Below, one piece after another: positions 28,400 through 37,935 of a stretch of DNA of 64,000 nucleotides. The position numbers and the translations under genes were made by a program. Numbering within the stretch: position 1 is the stretch's first letter; the number at the start of each line of letters is the position of its first letter. The notes beneath the pieces were generated by a model, which was given only the letters and a program-made list of their open reading frames with translations, had not been told where the DNA came from and ran no database searches. The stretch comes from Sphingobacterium endophyticum (GTDB taxonomy: Bacteria; Bacteroidota; Bacteroidia; Sphingobacteriales; Sphingobacteriaceae). The DNA lies in the NCBI GenBank assembly GCA_040393725.1, contig JBEBTR010000002.1, forward strand, positions 20,912-84,911. The letters are read 5' to 3'.

Positions 28400-29872
28400 A
28401 TGTTAAAAAGACTAAGAATAATTCTACTTTCGAGTTTATTTTTATCAAATTTTGCTGTGGCTCAAGACCTTGATGGTTTATTTAATAAAGTTAAAAAAGG
28501 AGCAAAGAGCATATCAAAATCGCTGACCTGGGAGCCCGGAAAAGCTGTATCTACTTCGCTGAAGGATACCTTAACTGGATTTTATTGGATGAATGAGCAG
28601 CTTAATAATCGGACCCCTGATACAATTTCGAGTTTCTCATTGAAACCGGGGTATTATAAAACAACATTAAGATCCTATTGCTTGCATGCCGGAACCTATG
28701 GCCCTTCAAAAGGATCAGGGTATCAGTTAGCAAATTTTGAAGGGACACAAAAGAAGCTGATCATTTCCATTCTCGAAAAATCTGCCGAAAATCCTAAAAT
28801 TAGTCAATCAGATGTTCAGACCTTAATTTGGGGAATTGAAGCTGGTAACAAATTCACTTCTTATCCTGCAGACTTTCAAGCTCGCGTAAAACCCTTGTTG
28901 TCATTAAAAGATATCGCATTAATGGAAATCAATGTCAAGGATATCGTAGAAAGCAACCTTCCTTCTGAAGTACAGAGTTTAATGAATACCTATGCTTCAT
29001 TAAGGCAAGAAATGCAATCTGCACAGATGAGTTTTGATAAATTAGAGGATTTAGCGGTGAAGGTAGGTGCTCCACCACTTGGAGTGGGTAGCATTAGCAT
29101 TGATGAGGGTAAGTGGTCATATCTTAATTCCGGTTATTATATTAAAGTTGATCCACAATCCTATTCGACATCTGATGTCAGTCTATATAGACCTGGTTAT
29201 GCTGATGTTTCGTATGATGGGCAAAACCGGATTTCATCTTATGAGAATGATGGTTATCGTGTTCAGGTAAACTATAAAGATAACGGTACTCAAGTACAGT
29301 TAGGTGAATATACTGCCAATGTTCAAAAAATTGAAAGCTATACTTTGGAAGGTCCAGGAATGGAAAAACAAACCTATCCTTGGGATGGTAAATATGTGGA
29401 TTTGGGTATGGATTTCGTTAATGATGTTTTAAAAGGGGCTAAGGAATTCAACTTAGATCAAATGCTAAAAGATAAAACAACACTTTCTTTAGATGAATTA
29501 CAAAATGCTTATAAGGATATCAAAAAATGGAAAGGCAGGTATGATGATCTAAAGAAAATTAATGATGATTTTAACTTGGATAAAAATCCTCCTCAGGATT
29601 TAGATAAGTACATTAATGAGGCTGCTATTAATGAAAGAATCAATAAAGGTTTAGAAGTGGCCACCAATCCAATTAATAAAAAAGGGCAAAGTGAATGGTT
29701 GAAGAATCATTTTAAGATGGTTAGTGATTTCTTTTTTTATTCAATCTGTAAATTGAGAGGCGACGATTGTAAACCAGATAATGATCCTAAAAATCCAAAA
29801 CTTCCGGATTATATTGCTCAACCAGGAAATACAAGCGCCCAAAGACTTGGATTAAGTGAATATAAAAAATAG
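28400..29872 (+). CDS. Secreted hypothetical protein with thioester-domain-like motifs
   Basis: Sec signal FAVA|QD; SYCLHAG, DVQTLIW, C-terminal SAQRLG; ATG at 28400. Confidence 0.7.
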   Translation: MLKRLRIILLSSLFLSNFAVAQDLDGLFNKVKKGAKSISKSLTWEPGKAVSTSLKDTLTGFYWMNEQLNNRTPDTISSFSLKPGYYKTTLRSYCLHAGTYGPSKGSGYQLANFEGTQKKLIISILEKSAENPKISQSDVQTLIWGIEAGNKFTSYPADFQARVKPLLSLKDIALMEINVKDIVESNLPSEVQSLMNTYASLRQEMQSAQMSFDKLEDLAVKVGAPPLGVGSISIDEGKWSYLNSGYYIKVDPQSYSTSDVSLYRPGYADVSYDGQNRISSYENDGYRVQVNYKDNGTQVQLGEYTANVQKIESYTLEGPGMEKQTYPWDGKYVDLGMDFVNDVLKGAKEFNLDQMLKDKTTLSLDELQNAYKDIKKWKGRYDDLKKINDDFNLDKNPPQDLDKYINEAAINERINKGLEVATNPINKKGQSEWLKNHFKMVSDFFFYSICKLRGDDCKPDNDPKNPKLPDYIAQPGNTSAQRLGLSEYKK

Positions 29873-29877
29873 AAGAA

Positions 29878-31062
29878 TTATCGAATCCTGCTGGATTCAA
29901 TGATGATAAGATTGTTATTGATGTCGGTGGTAAAAAATAGGAATATTTTGCCACCGTCTTTTATTTTATGCTTTTTTCGAATTACCTCTACTTTTTCTGG
30001 AAAATTACGAATTGATATATTTGCTTGTTTATATGGGTTGTTCTTTTTCAAAGCTGAATAGGGAAGGACCTGCTCAATTTTAAATATCCTTCCTGGGAAA
30101 TCTGGCTGCAGGAGGTCGGAAGTATATAAATGTGCATGTTGATGGATTTTACCTAATCCATAGGCCTTCCCGATAGATTTAAAAGCACCGGCTTTGGTTA
30201 TCGCCACATCGGGATCATATAGATAATGTTGAGGCATAAGGAACCTACTTAATGTTGCACGCTCCTCATTATAGGTAAATTCAAAACTTTGTAATTGATC
30301 AGCAAATAAGCGGATAGCTCTAATCTTCGCTTCACCAATGTATCCTCTTTCCTGTATAAATAAGAGTTCTTTGCAATCATTATCCAAGCTAATAACATAT
30401 ACATAGCGTACATGGTTCAAACTTGAAATTGCAGTAGTAATATCCAATAGCGGGGATAATTTACTGATGATGAATTTGCTTTTACTGAAAAATAAATCTT
30501 GATTAGCGACAATATTAGGTTCACAGTCTTCTAACAAAAATACCTTAGTATGGCTTACTCGTCTAGAAGGGTCCACATAAATATAGTCGAAGGAATTGTC
30601 GGGACTATTTTTTAATAATTCAATACCATCGCAGGCTTTACAAATAAGGTTTGGTACACGAAGAATTGAGGCATTATAGGATACAATTTCTGATAATTTT
30701 TCATTGATTTCACAATGTATAACCTCTTTTGCCTCTTGTGCCAGGTAACAGCTATCCACACTGAATCCTCCGGTTAAATCTATAACTCGACTACCTTTAG
30801 CGATGAAAGTTTGTTTAATTAAAGCCGTGTGTTCTGAAGAACATTGCTCTAAATTGATTTTATCAGGATAATATATGCCTTCGCTGAATGCCCAAGTAGG
30901 TAATTTCTTTACACTACGCTGCCAGCCGTCTATCTGGGAAGCTAATTCAGCTGAACTCACATGCGTAAAAGGACTTTTCTTTAAAGCTATTTCCGCAGGT
31001 GATTTTTCCCGATTAGCTTTAATGAATTGTTGAACATCCTTCTCTAAAATGTGTTTATTCAT
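29878..31062 (-). CDS. Class I SAM-dependent methyltransferase with THUMP-like domain
   Basis: LEQCSSE, DLTGGFSVD, YVDPSRR, KLSPLLDI, RNFP. Confidence 0.85.
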   Translation of the reverse strand: MNKHILEKDVQQFIKANREKSPAEIALKKSPFTHVSSAELASQIDGWQRSVKKLPTWAFSEGIYYPDKINLEQCSSEHTALIKQTFIAKGSRVIDLTGGFSVDSCYLAQEAKEVIHCEINEKLSEIVSYNASILRVPNLICKACDGIELLKNSPDNSFDYIYVDPSRRVSHTKVFLLEDCEPNIVANQDLFFSKSKFIISKLSPLLDITTAISSLNHVRYVYVISLDNDCKELLFIQERGYIGEAKIRAIRLFADQLQSFEFTYNEERATLSRFLMPQHYLYDPDVAITKAGAFKSIGKAYGLGKIHQHAHLYTSDLLQPDFPGRIFKIEQVLPYSALKKNNPYKQANISIRNFPEKVEVIRKKHKIKDGGKIFLFFTTDINNNLIIIESSRIR

Positions 31063-32323
31063 CTTTATTTTTCACAAGCATTTGGCAAGTGTAACTATCC
31101 TTAAGTTCGCGAATAATTTCCTTATTTACCAATACCCGATCTATTGTTTCTTGATTGTAGTAGCGAATCGTGATTAATTCTAATCCAGCAGCTACTGAAA
31201 CTTTATATCTTTTCTTTAACTGTTCTAATAAATTCAACACATTTTCACCAGTATCGTCCACAGCTACAGAAAAACTAATCGCTGAGTTATGCATCATATT
31301 AATCTTAATTCTGTTTTGATGAAAAGAATCAAATATATGGCTCAAATTGTCCTCGACGATAAATGAAAAGTCTCTCGGTTGTATATTAATAAAAACTTGA
31401 TTGACTTTAAAAATAAATGAAGGAACCGGTAAAGTCTGGTTTGTTGTCTTAATCTGAGTTCCTGGTTCTTCAGGATTAATAAATGAGCGTACATTAAGCG
31501 TTATCTTTTTGTTTTGGAGTGGCTTAATGGTTTTTGGGTGTATGACTGTAGCACCATAATACGTAAGTTCGATAGCATCTGTATAGGATAATTCTGGTAT
31601 TAATTCAGTTTGATCAAACCATTTTGGGTCAGCATTCAATACCCCAGGTACATCCTTCCATATCGTGATATTTTCTGCATTTAGGCTAGCTGCAAAAATC
31701 GCGGCAGAATAATCAGAACCTTCCCGGCCTAAAGTAGTGGTGAAGTTTTCTGATGTTGAACCTATAAAACCCTGTGTTACGATAATTTGATCATCTAAAA
31801 TGCTAGGAAGTTCCTTACGAATTTTATCTTCCGTTTTTTCCCAATCAACTTTCCCTTCTCGGTAGGTATTATCTGTTAAAATATAATTTCTAGCATCTAC
31901 CCATTGCGTAGGCAAACCTTGGTAAGATGAATAAGCCGACACAATTTTTGTGGACAATAGCTCACCAACAGAAACGATTTGATCATATAAATAATCATAT
32001 TCATCTTGTGGTTCTTCTTCTAATATCCATTCAATTTCCACAAAAGTATTTGCAATATCATCATATACTGGATGGTTATGATCTGGAAAAAGCTCATGCA
32101 AAATGGTAAAATGTTCCTGCTTTAAATTCTCCAAATGATTAAAGCATTCACCATCTCTTTTTATATAACTCTCTGTTATTTGTACAAGTTTATCCGTGGT
32201 CTTACCTATAGCTGAAACAACAATCAATAAAGAGGAATCTTTATATTTTTCTACAATGGAAACTACATTCCTAATATTATCTGAACTTTTAACGGAGGCT
32301 CCACCAAATTTAAATACCTGCAT
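31055..32323 (-). CDS. lysC: Aspartate kinase
   Basis: VFKFGGASV, VVSAIGKTT, TTLGREGSDYSA, WKDVPG..ADP, GATVIHP. Confidence 0.93.
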   Translation of the reverse strand: MQVFKFGGASVKSSDNIRNVVSIVEKYKDSSLLIVVSAIGKTTDKLVQITESYIKRDGECFNHLENLKQEHFTILHELFPDHNHPVYDDIANTFVEIEWILEEEPQDEYDYLYDQIVSVGELLSTKIVSAYSSYQGLPTQWVDARNYILTDNTYREGKVDWEKTEDKIRKELPSILDDQIIVTQGFIGSTSENFTTTLGREGSDYSAAIFAASLNAENITIWKDVPGVLNADPKWFDQTELIPELSYTDAIELTYYGATVIHPKTIKPLQNKKITLNVRSFINPEEPGTQIKTTNQTLPVPSFIFKVNQVFINIQPRDFSFIVEDNLSHIFDSFHQNRIKINMMHNSAISFSVAVDDTGENVLNLLEQLKKRYKVSVAAGLELITIRYYNQETIDRVLVNKEIIRELKDSYTCQMLVKNKDE

Positions 32324-32328
32324 GTATG

Positions 32329-33180
32329 CTACTGAATTGAATTATAATACTCTTTTACGTTTTTAATGTAATTCTTCCCTGTTTCAGTCATACAATCCTG
32401 AATATCTTCAAATGGTATGGTTAATAGGGTAGGTCCTTCAGAATATGGCTTTATTTCGTATGGATTATAATAAAACATAATACCTTCTTTTGAAATACCA
32501 TAGTTAGCTGCTAATGCAAAAGTGTCATTCTCAAAGAAATAATCACTCTCAAGGCTGGTTGTGTCTGTTAGGCCTTCCTCCTGACGAAAGAATCTTTCTG
32601 CAATTTTAGTAAATTCTTTCATCTTATTCTCAGAAATAAATGTATTCAATGCTAATTTCTTATAATTCTGAGCATCGTATACATTCCAAAGTGTAAAACT
32701 ATTTCCATGAGCCCCTCCTGAATATTCATAAGTGATATTACTAAGCATGATGAGGTAGGGATTGTTCATTTCAACAAATACATCTGTAGACTTTTCCCAT
32801 GCAATTGGATATTTTACATTATTCTCTTCGACAAAATTTCCGTATCCTTCCAAAAAATTGTCAATATATTGATCTATTGTTGTTTCTCCTTCCAATAGAA
32901 TATTCTCCATTACACGTTTATTCATCACACTGTCTTGGAATATAGGGTAGGAGACATTGACAAAACTTGTGTCTATTTCTCCATCTCGTTCAGGAAAATA
33001 TTTGCTGATTTCCCTGATTATAGTATCTCGGTATATCAGGGAATCTGTTCTTGAAGAAATATTTTGTTTATGAGAGGTTGAGCCATCTGTTTTGTTGCTT
33101 TGACATGAAGAAAACAAAGCAATCAACAGTGTTGAAGATATAACTAAATTTATATTTGCCTTAAAAATCGATATTAACAT
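32329..33180 (-). CDS. DUF3298/RsiV-like lipoprotein
   Basis: FSSC lipobox; YEYSGGAHG; FYYNPYEIKPYSEG; start uncertain. Confidence 0.82.
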   Translation of the reverse strand: MLISIFKANINLVISSTLLIALFSSCQSNKTDGSTSHKQNISSRTDSLIYRDTIIREISKYFPERDGEIDTSFVNVSYPIFQDSVMNKRVMENILLEGETTIDQYIDNFLEGYGNFVEENNVKYPIAWEKSTDVFVEMNNPYLIMLSNITYEYSGGAHGNSFTLWNVYDAQNYKKLALNTFISENKMKEFTKIAERFFRQEEGLTDTTSLESDYFFENDTFALAANYGISKEGIMFYYNPYEIKPYSEGPTLLTIPFEDIQDCMTETGKNYIKNVKEYYNSIQ

Positions 33181-33610
33181 TTATCCATCCTCCATCAAAA
33201 TTTGTGTCGTACTTTTTGTAGAAATCAATAGCTGGGGTATTCCAGTCCAATACCTGCCACATCATACCGGAGAATCCATTCTCCTTAGCATAAGAAATTG
33301 TGTGGTCTAACAATTCTTTTCCAATACCTTTTCCTCTCATCTTTTCCGTGACAATAATATCTTCTAGATATAAACGACGTCCCTTCCAAGTAGAATAACG
33401 GATGTAAAATAAGGACATTCCTATGATTTCCCCATTAAATTCACCAACAAATGCCCACCAAACTGGATTTTTTCCAAATCCTGAATCAACAAATTCTTCC
33501 ATAGTAACGGTAACTTGTTCAGGGGCCTTTTCATAGCTCGCTAATTCTTTAATTAGTTCCAATAGCCTGCTGCAATCTTCTTTGACTGCATTTCGAATGA
33601 CTAATCCCAT
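33161..33610 (-). CDS. GNAT acetyltransferase, SSAT/diamine-acetyltransferase-like
   Basis: ELASYEK, YSTWKGRRLYLEDIIV, RGKGIG, VLDWNTPAIDFY. Confidence 0.9.
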   Translation of the reverse strand: MGLVIRNAVKEDCSRLLELIKELASYEKAPEQVTVTMEEFVDSGFGKNPVWWAFVGEFNGEIIGMSLFYIRYSTWKGRRLYLEDIIVTEKMRGKGIGKELLDHTISYAKENGFSGMMWQVLDWNTPAIDFYKKYDTNFDGGWINVNIDF

Positions 33611-34299
33611 TATTTCGCTTTATAATGTTTGATGATTCGTTGACCAAAAATTGTACTTCCCAACCTAACCATATTGCTGCCTTGCTCGATGGCGATCTTA
33701 TAGTCAGAAGACATTCCCATTGATAAGATATCAAAACTTTCTTCTTTTCGGAAATAAGTCGTTTTTATACCATCAAATAACATCTTTAGCTCATAAAATT
33801 CTTCTTTAATGATCTTTTCATTTTCGGTGTTGCTGGCTATACCCATTAAACCCCTGATACGAACATTTTTTAATCCTTGAAATTCCTCACTTCTTAGTAG
33901 TTCAACAGTTTCGGCAAAGTCAAGCCCAAATTTTGTGTCTTCATCTGCAATGTATATCTGTAATAGGCAGTCAATTATACGGTTGTTTTTAAGAGCATGT
34001 TTGTTAATTTCAGTGAGTACCTTTAATGAATCAACTGAATGTATTAAACTGATGAAGGGGGCAATATATTTAACTTTATTTGTTTGTAGGTGTCCAACTA
34101 AATGCCATTCTATATCTTTGGGAAGGGTTTCATATTTTTCAACAAGATCTTGTACTTGATTCTCACCAAAAATCCTTTGGCCTGCTCCGTACGCTTCTAA
34201 AATATCTTCATTAGGTTTGGTCTTTGAAATAGCCACTAATGTAACCCCGATAGGTTGTAATTCTTTTTGTAATTCTGTAATATTCTTTGATATACTCAT
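33610..34299 (-). CDS. yggS: PLP homeostasis protein YggS
   Basis: LVAISKTKP, FGENQVQ, WHLVGHLQTNKVK, LSMGMSSDY, VRLGSTIFG. Confidence 0.95.
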   Translation of the reverse strand: MSISKNITELQKELQPIGVTLVAISKTKPNEDILEAYGAGQRIFGENQVQDLVEKYETLPKDIEWHLVGHLQTNKVKYIAPFISLIHSVDSLKVLTEINKHALKNNRIIDCLLQIYIADEDTKFGLDFAETVELLRSEEFQGLKNVRIRGLMGIASNTENEKIIKEEFYELKMLFDGIKTTYFRKEESFDILSMGMSSDYKIAIEQGSNMVRLGSTIFGQRIIKHYKAK

Positions 34300-34376
34300 G
34301 ATGAAAAAGGATTCGCATTGATGAAATTAACAAAGCTATATGCAAGCTTTTACGTATTTTTGTACAAATTTACAAA

Positions 34377-35105
34377 ATGCATCGATTAATACTTGGTTTA
34401 CTTCCGTTGTTTTTTATAAGCATATCTTGCAAAAAGAATGTTCCTGAAGGTATATTATCTCAAGAAGACATGGTTGAGCTTATGACCGAAGTGCATATTC
34501 TCGATGGGTATATTTCAAATATCCCTGTAGATAGTGCTAAGAAGGTTATTGATCCGCTCTATGAGCAAATTTTTGATAAATTTGGAATTGATTCAACGAC
34601 ATTTAATAAAAATGTAAATTATTATTTCGGCAACCCTGCTTTAACATCTAAAACTTACGATCAGGTCGTTAAGCGATTGGAACAAAAAGAAAGAGGATTC
34701 TATAGCCGAGATTCATTAATTAATATCAATACTCAAGACAGTGTTAACAGAGTAACTCGCCTTCAAAATAAATTGGCCACTGTGAGTAATATGATTATGA
34801 ATGCGCTTGCAGATTCTATGGAACTTACAATTGCAGATAGGACAAGGAGATTCTATGAACCTGTTGGTTTAATGTATTATTGGGAAAAGAATTTGTTTGA
34901 AAAAAAGGTGCCTGTTCAACAACCTACACCTGATCTTTCTTCACTTCCAACTCCTTCAGATTCTACACAAGTAATCTCACCAGTAGATAATCAAGGTGAA
35001 GAAATAAAACCAGTTGAACAAGTTGATTCAATACCATTCAATCGTAGAAATGAGAGGTTGAAACCGGTCAAAAGGCCAAGGGAAAGACCTACGGTAGTTC
35101 AATAA
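34377..35105 (+). CDS. DUF4296 lipoprotein
   Basis: SISC lipobox; P.GILS.EDM..L..EVHI.D; IF.KFGIDSTTF...YY; TATTTTTG -7 box at 34355-34362. Confidence 0.8.
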   Translation: MHRLILGLLPLFFISISCKKNVPEGILSQEDMVELMTEVHILDGYISNIPVDSAKKVIDPLYEQIFDKFGIDSTTFNKNVNYYFGNPALTSKTYDQVVKRLEQKERGFYSRDSLININTQDSVNRVTRLQNKLATVSNMIMNALADSMELTIADRTRRFYEPVGLMYYWEKNLFEKKVPVQQPTPDLSSLPTPSDSTQVISPVDNQGEEIKPVEQVDSIPFNRRNERLKPVKRPRERPTVVQ

Positions 35106-35108
35106 AAA

Positions 35109-37487
35109 ATGATTTATCCACAAAACGCAGTAGAAAAGCTAGGCTTTACAGAAATAAAAGAACTCATTAAGGCTAAATGCTTGAGTGAGGCCGGAAAAGA
35201 AATGGTCGATAAAATCCAACCTCAAGTAAAATTGGATTTAATTGATCGGTTCTTGAGACAGGCAAATGAATTTAAAGATTTGTTGGTACATGATGCACCC
35301 CTTCCGGTGGATCATTTCTATCCTATAAAAGCAATTATTGAAAAAGCAAAAGTTGAAGGGTCTTTCCTTTTGGAAGAAGAATTCCATCGCGTCCTATTAT
35401 CTCTTCGGACAGTTTATGCTGTAATCAGGTATTTTAATGACCGAGCTCAGCAATATCCTAATTTAGAATTGCTTTTTGAACATTTACCAATCGAAAAGAA
35501 TATCCTTCGAAGTATCGAACAGATCATTGATGAAAGAGGTAAAATTAAAGACAATGCCTCTAAGCTATTGTTGGAGATAACATCTCAAATATCAAAAGCT
35601 GAACAAGAGGCTCGCAAAAGGTTAGATTCTGTTTATAAACAGGCTCAACAAAATGGCTGGACAGCAGACGGTAGCCTGACTATTCGCGATGGCAGGTTAT
35701 GTATTCCCATACTTGCTGAAAATAAGAGAAAGGTTAAAGGCTTAATTCACGATGAATCTGCTACTGGACAAACAGCATATATTGAACCAGAAGAAGTATT
35801 TCATTTAAATAATAAGGTTCGTGATTTAGAGTTTGAGAGAAGACGAGAAATTGTAAGAATTTTGACCGCTTTAACGACTGAAATTAGACCCCATGTTCCC
35901 TTGTTATTCGCTTATCATAGTTTGCTGACGAAGCTCGACTTTGTTAGAGCCAAGGCTTTATTTGCTTTGGATATTGATGCTGAGATGCCAGAGCTGTCCA
36001 AGGAAGCTGAAGTATTTTTAGTCAATGCAAAACATCCTCTATTATTTTTGTCTTCAAAGTTGGAAGGACACCATTCAGTTGTTCCTCTAAACCTTAGAAT
36101 TGATGCCACTGATCGTGTATTATTAGTGTCAGGCCCAAATGCAGGAGGGAAATCTGTATGCATGAAAACGGTAGGATTGTTGCAGTTAATGTTTCAATCA
36201 GGTCTGTTAATTCCTTGTGAGACAACCTCAAAGTTAGGTGTTTTCAAACAGTTTTTTGCTGATATCGGAGATGACCAGTCTATAGATAGTGACCTCAGTA
36301 CCTATAGTGCTCACCTATCAAAGATGAAGCATTTTACAGAATTTGCGAATGCCCGAACATTGGTACTAATTGATGAGTTTGGGACTGGGACCGATCCATT
36401 GTTTGGAGGGCCTATTGCCGAAGCTGTGTTGGAGGTACTTAATAAAAAGAAAATTCGTGGCGTTATTACAACCCACTATTCTAACTTAAAGGTCTTTGCT
36501 AGTAATTCTGAAGGTATTGAGAATGCTTCTATGTTATTTGACAATGAAGCTATGAAGCCTTTGTATATCCTTCAAACTGGGAAACCTGGAAGTTCCTATG
36601 CTTTTGAAATTGCTCAAAATATCGGATTGTCTAAAGAGGTTATACATCTTGCTAAACAAAAGGTTGGAGTGCAACAAAAGAAAGTCGATACTCTTTTGGT
36701 GGATCTTGAGCGTGAAAAGAAGGAAGTTTATGATACGAAGGTGGCTATAAATCTTCGGGAACGTGAAATTTTAGGGAAACAGACTGAGTTGAATGAGTTG
36801 CAAAGTTATTTAGAGGAAAATAAAAAGCAATTGCTTAAGGATGCCAAAGAAGAAGCTAGACAAATCATCAAAAATGCCAACAAGTTGGTTGAGCATACGA
36901 TAGCCGAGATTAAAAATAAACAGGCTGATAAGGAAGAAACTAAAAAACTCCGTGCTGGTCTTCATCAAGCGAATGAAAGCTTAAGAGATAAATCCCATAA
37001 AGAGGTTAAGAAGCCGCAGGTATTATCCCAAGAAATCGTTGAAGTTGAGGTGGGGGATTGGGTCAAAATTATTGACAGCGGGAACGAGGCTCAAGTCATT
37101 GAAATTGCAAAGAATAATTTGATCCTGGCGCTCGGGGATTTAAGGACGGTAGTTAAAAAAAATAAGGTTGAAAAACTAAGAGGTAAGGAAAAATCGAATG
37201 CAGCGAAACGGTTTAAGTCTGTCACCTCTGATAGTGTTGCAGATTTTAGTCCTGAAGTTGATGTTCGAGGAATGCGTACTGAAGATGCTTTAGCTAAGAT
37301 TGAAAAGGTTTTAGATAGGGCTGTTATGATTGGTTATCCATCCTTAAAAATTGTTCATGGGAAAGGTGATGGAATCCTTCGTAAATTTATTCGCGACTAT
37401 CTAAGGAAATATAATCAAGTAAGTAGGTTTGAAGATGAACATGCGGATAGAGGGGGAGATGGAATTACCTATGCATATATAGATTAA
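35109..37487 (+). CDS. mutS2: MutS2 family protein with C-terminal Smr domain
   Basis: HDESATGQT, SGPNAGGKS, DIGDDQSI, DEFGTGTDP, TTHY, HGKGDGILR. Confidence 0.95.
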   Translation: MIYPQNAVEKLGFTEIKELIKAKCLSEAGKEMVDKIQPQVKLDLIDRFLRQANEFKDLLVHDAPLPVDHFYPIKAIIEKAKVEGSFLLEEEFHRVLLSLRTVYAVIRYFNDRAQQYPNLELLFEHLPIEKNILRSIEQIIDERGKIKDNASKLLLEITSQISKAEQEARKRLDSVYKQAQQNGWTADGSLTIRDGRLCIPILAENKRKVKGLIHDESATGQTAYIEPEEVFHLNNKVRDLEFERRREIVRILTALTTEIRPHVPLLFAYHSLLTKLDFVRAKALFALDIDAEMPELSKEAEVFLVNAKHPLLFLSSKLEGHHSVVPLNLRIDATDRVLLVSGPNAGGKSVCMKTVGLLQLMFQSGLLIPCETTSKLGVFKQFFADIGDDQSIDSDLSTYSAHLSKMKHFTEFANARTLVLIDEFGTGTDPLFGGPIAEAVLEVLNKKKIRGVITTHYSNLKVFASNSEGIENASMLFDNEAMKPLYILQTGKPGSSYAFEIAQNIGLSKEVIHLAKQKVGVQQKKVDTLLVDLEREKKEVYDTKVAINLREREILGKQTELNELQSYLEENKKQLLKDAKEEARQIIKNANKLVEHTIAEIKNKQADKEETKKLRAGLHQANESLRDKSHKEVKKPQVLSQEIVEVEVGDWVKIIDSGNEAQVIEIAKNNLILALGDLRTVVKKNKVEKLRGKEKSNAAKRFKSVTSDSVADFSPEVDVRGMRTEDALAKIEKVLDRAVMIGYPSLKIVHGKGDGILRKFIRDYLRKYNQVSRFEDEHADRGGDGITYAYID

Positions 37488-37506
37488 TCAGGAATTGTCA
37501 TAGATT

Positions 37507-37532
37507 AAAGGAGCTTTTAAGGCTCCTTTTTT
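37507..37532 (+). terminator. Intrinsic terminator after mutS2
   Basis: AAAGGAGC-ttttaag-GCTCCTTT followed by a T run. Confidence 0.8.
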
Positions 37533-37884
37533 GTTTAAGGTTTTTCAATTTATTTTTCTGTGGTTCAGGGTGATTTGGGGCTGTATGTTTAAACAGCTAT
37601 TAAATATTAAAAGATGATTAAAAGTTCAAGTAATTCGCTTAAATTTCCATTTAGTTGTTGCGGAAACTGTTAAAAGATTAGAAAAAGGAAAAAACTTTTC
37701 CACATTTTTGAGAATGTTAAATTTTGTTAAAATATCAATTTACTATCGGTTTTGTTATAAAATTTTCAATTAATACAGGTAGTTGTTTAGAAAACTATTT
37801 AGTATTTCAATTTTTGTTTACTCGAATAAGCCAAATAAATGCAAAAAGGTGGTTGTGAGAATATTAAGTTTATGTTAACAAACA

Positions 37885-37913
37885 TTGAAAGTCATTCTGA
37901 CTTTTTACTTTTG
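37885..37913 (+). promoter_or_regulatory. Bacteroidota -33/-7 promoter for the TonB-dependent receptor
   Basis: TTG at 37885 and TACTTTTG at 37906-37913. Confidence 0.6.
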
Positions 37914-37935
37914 TGCAGAATTAATAACAAACCGT

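Noticed and set aside
29878-37487. Methyltransferase, MutS2 or LOG as an anti-phage defence locus
   Set aside because: All match ordinary housekeeping families in housekeeping context; no nuclease/ATPase effector pairs or mobile-element hallmarks
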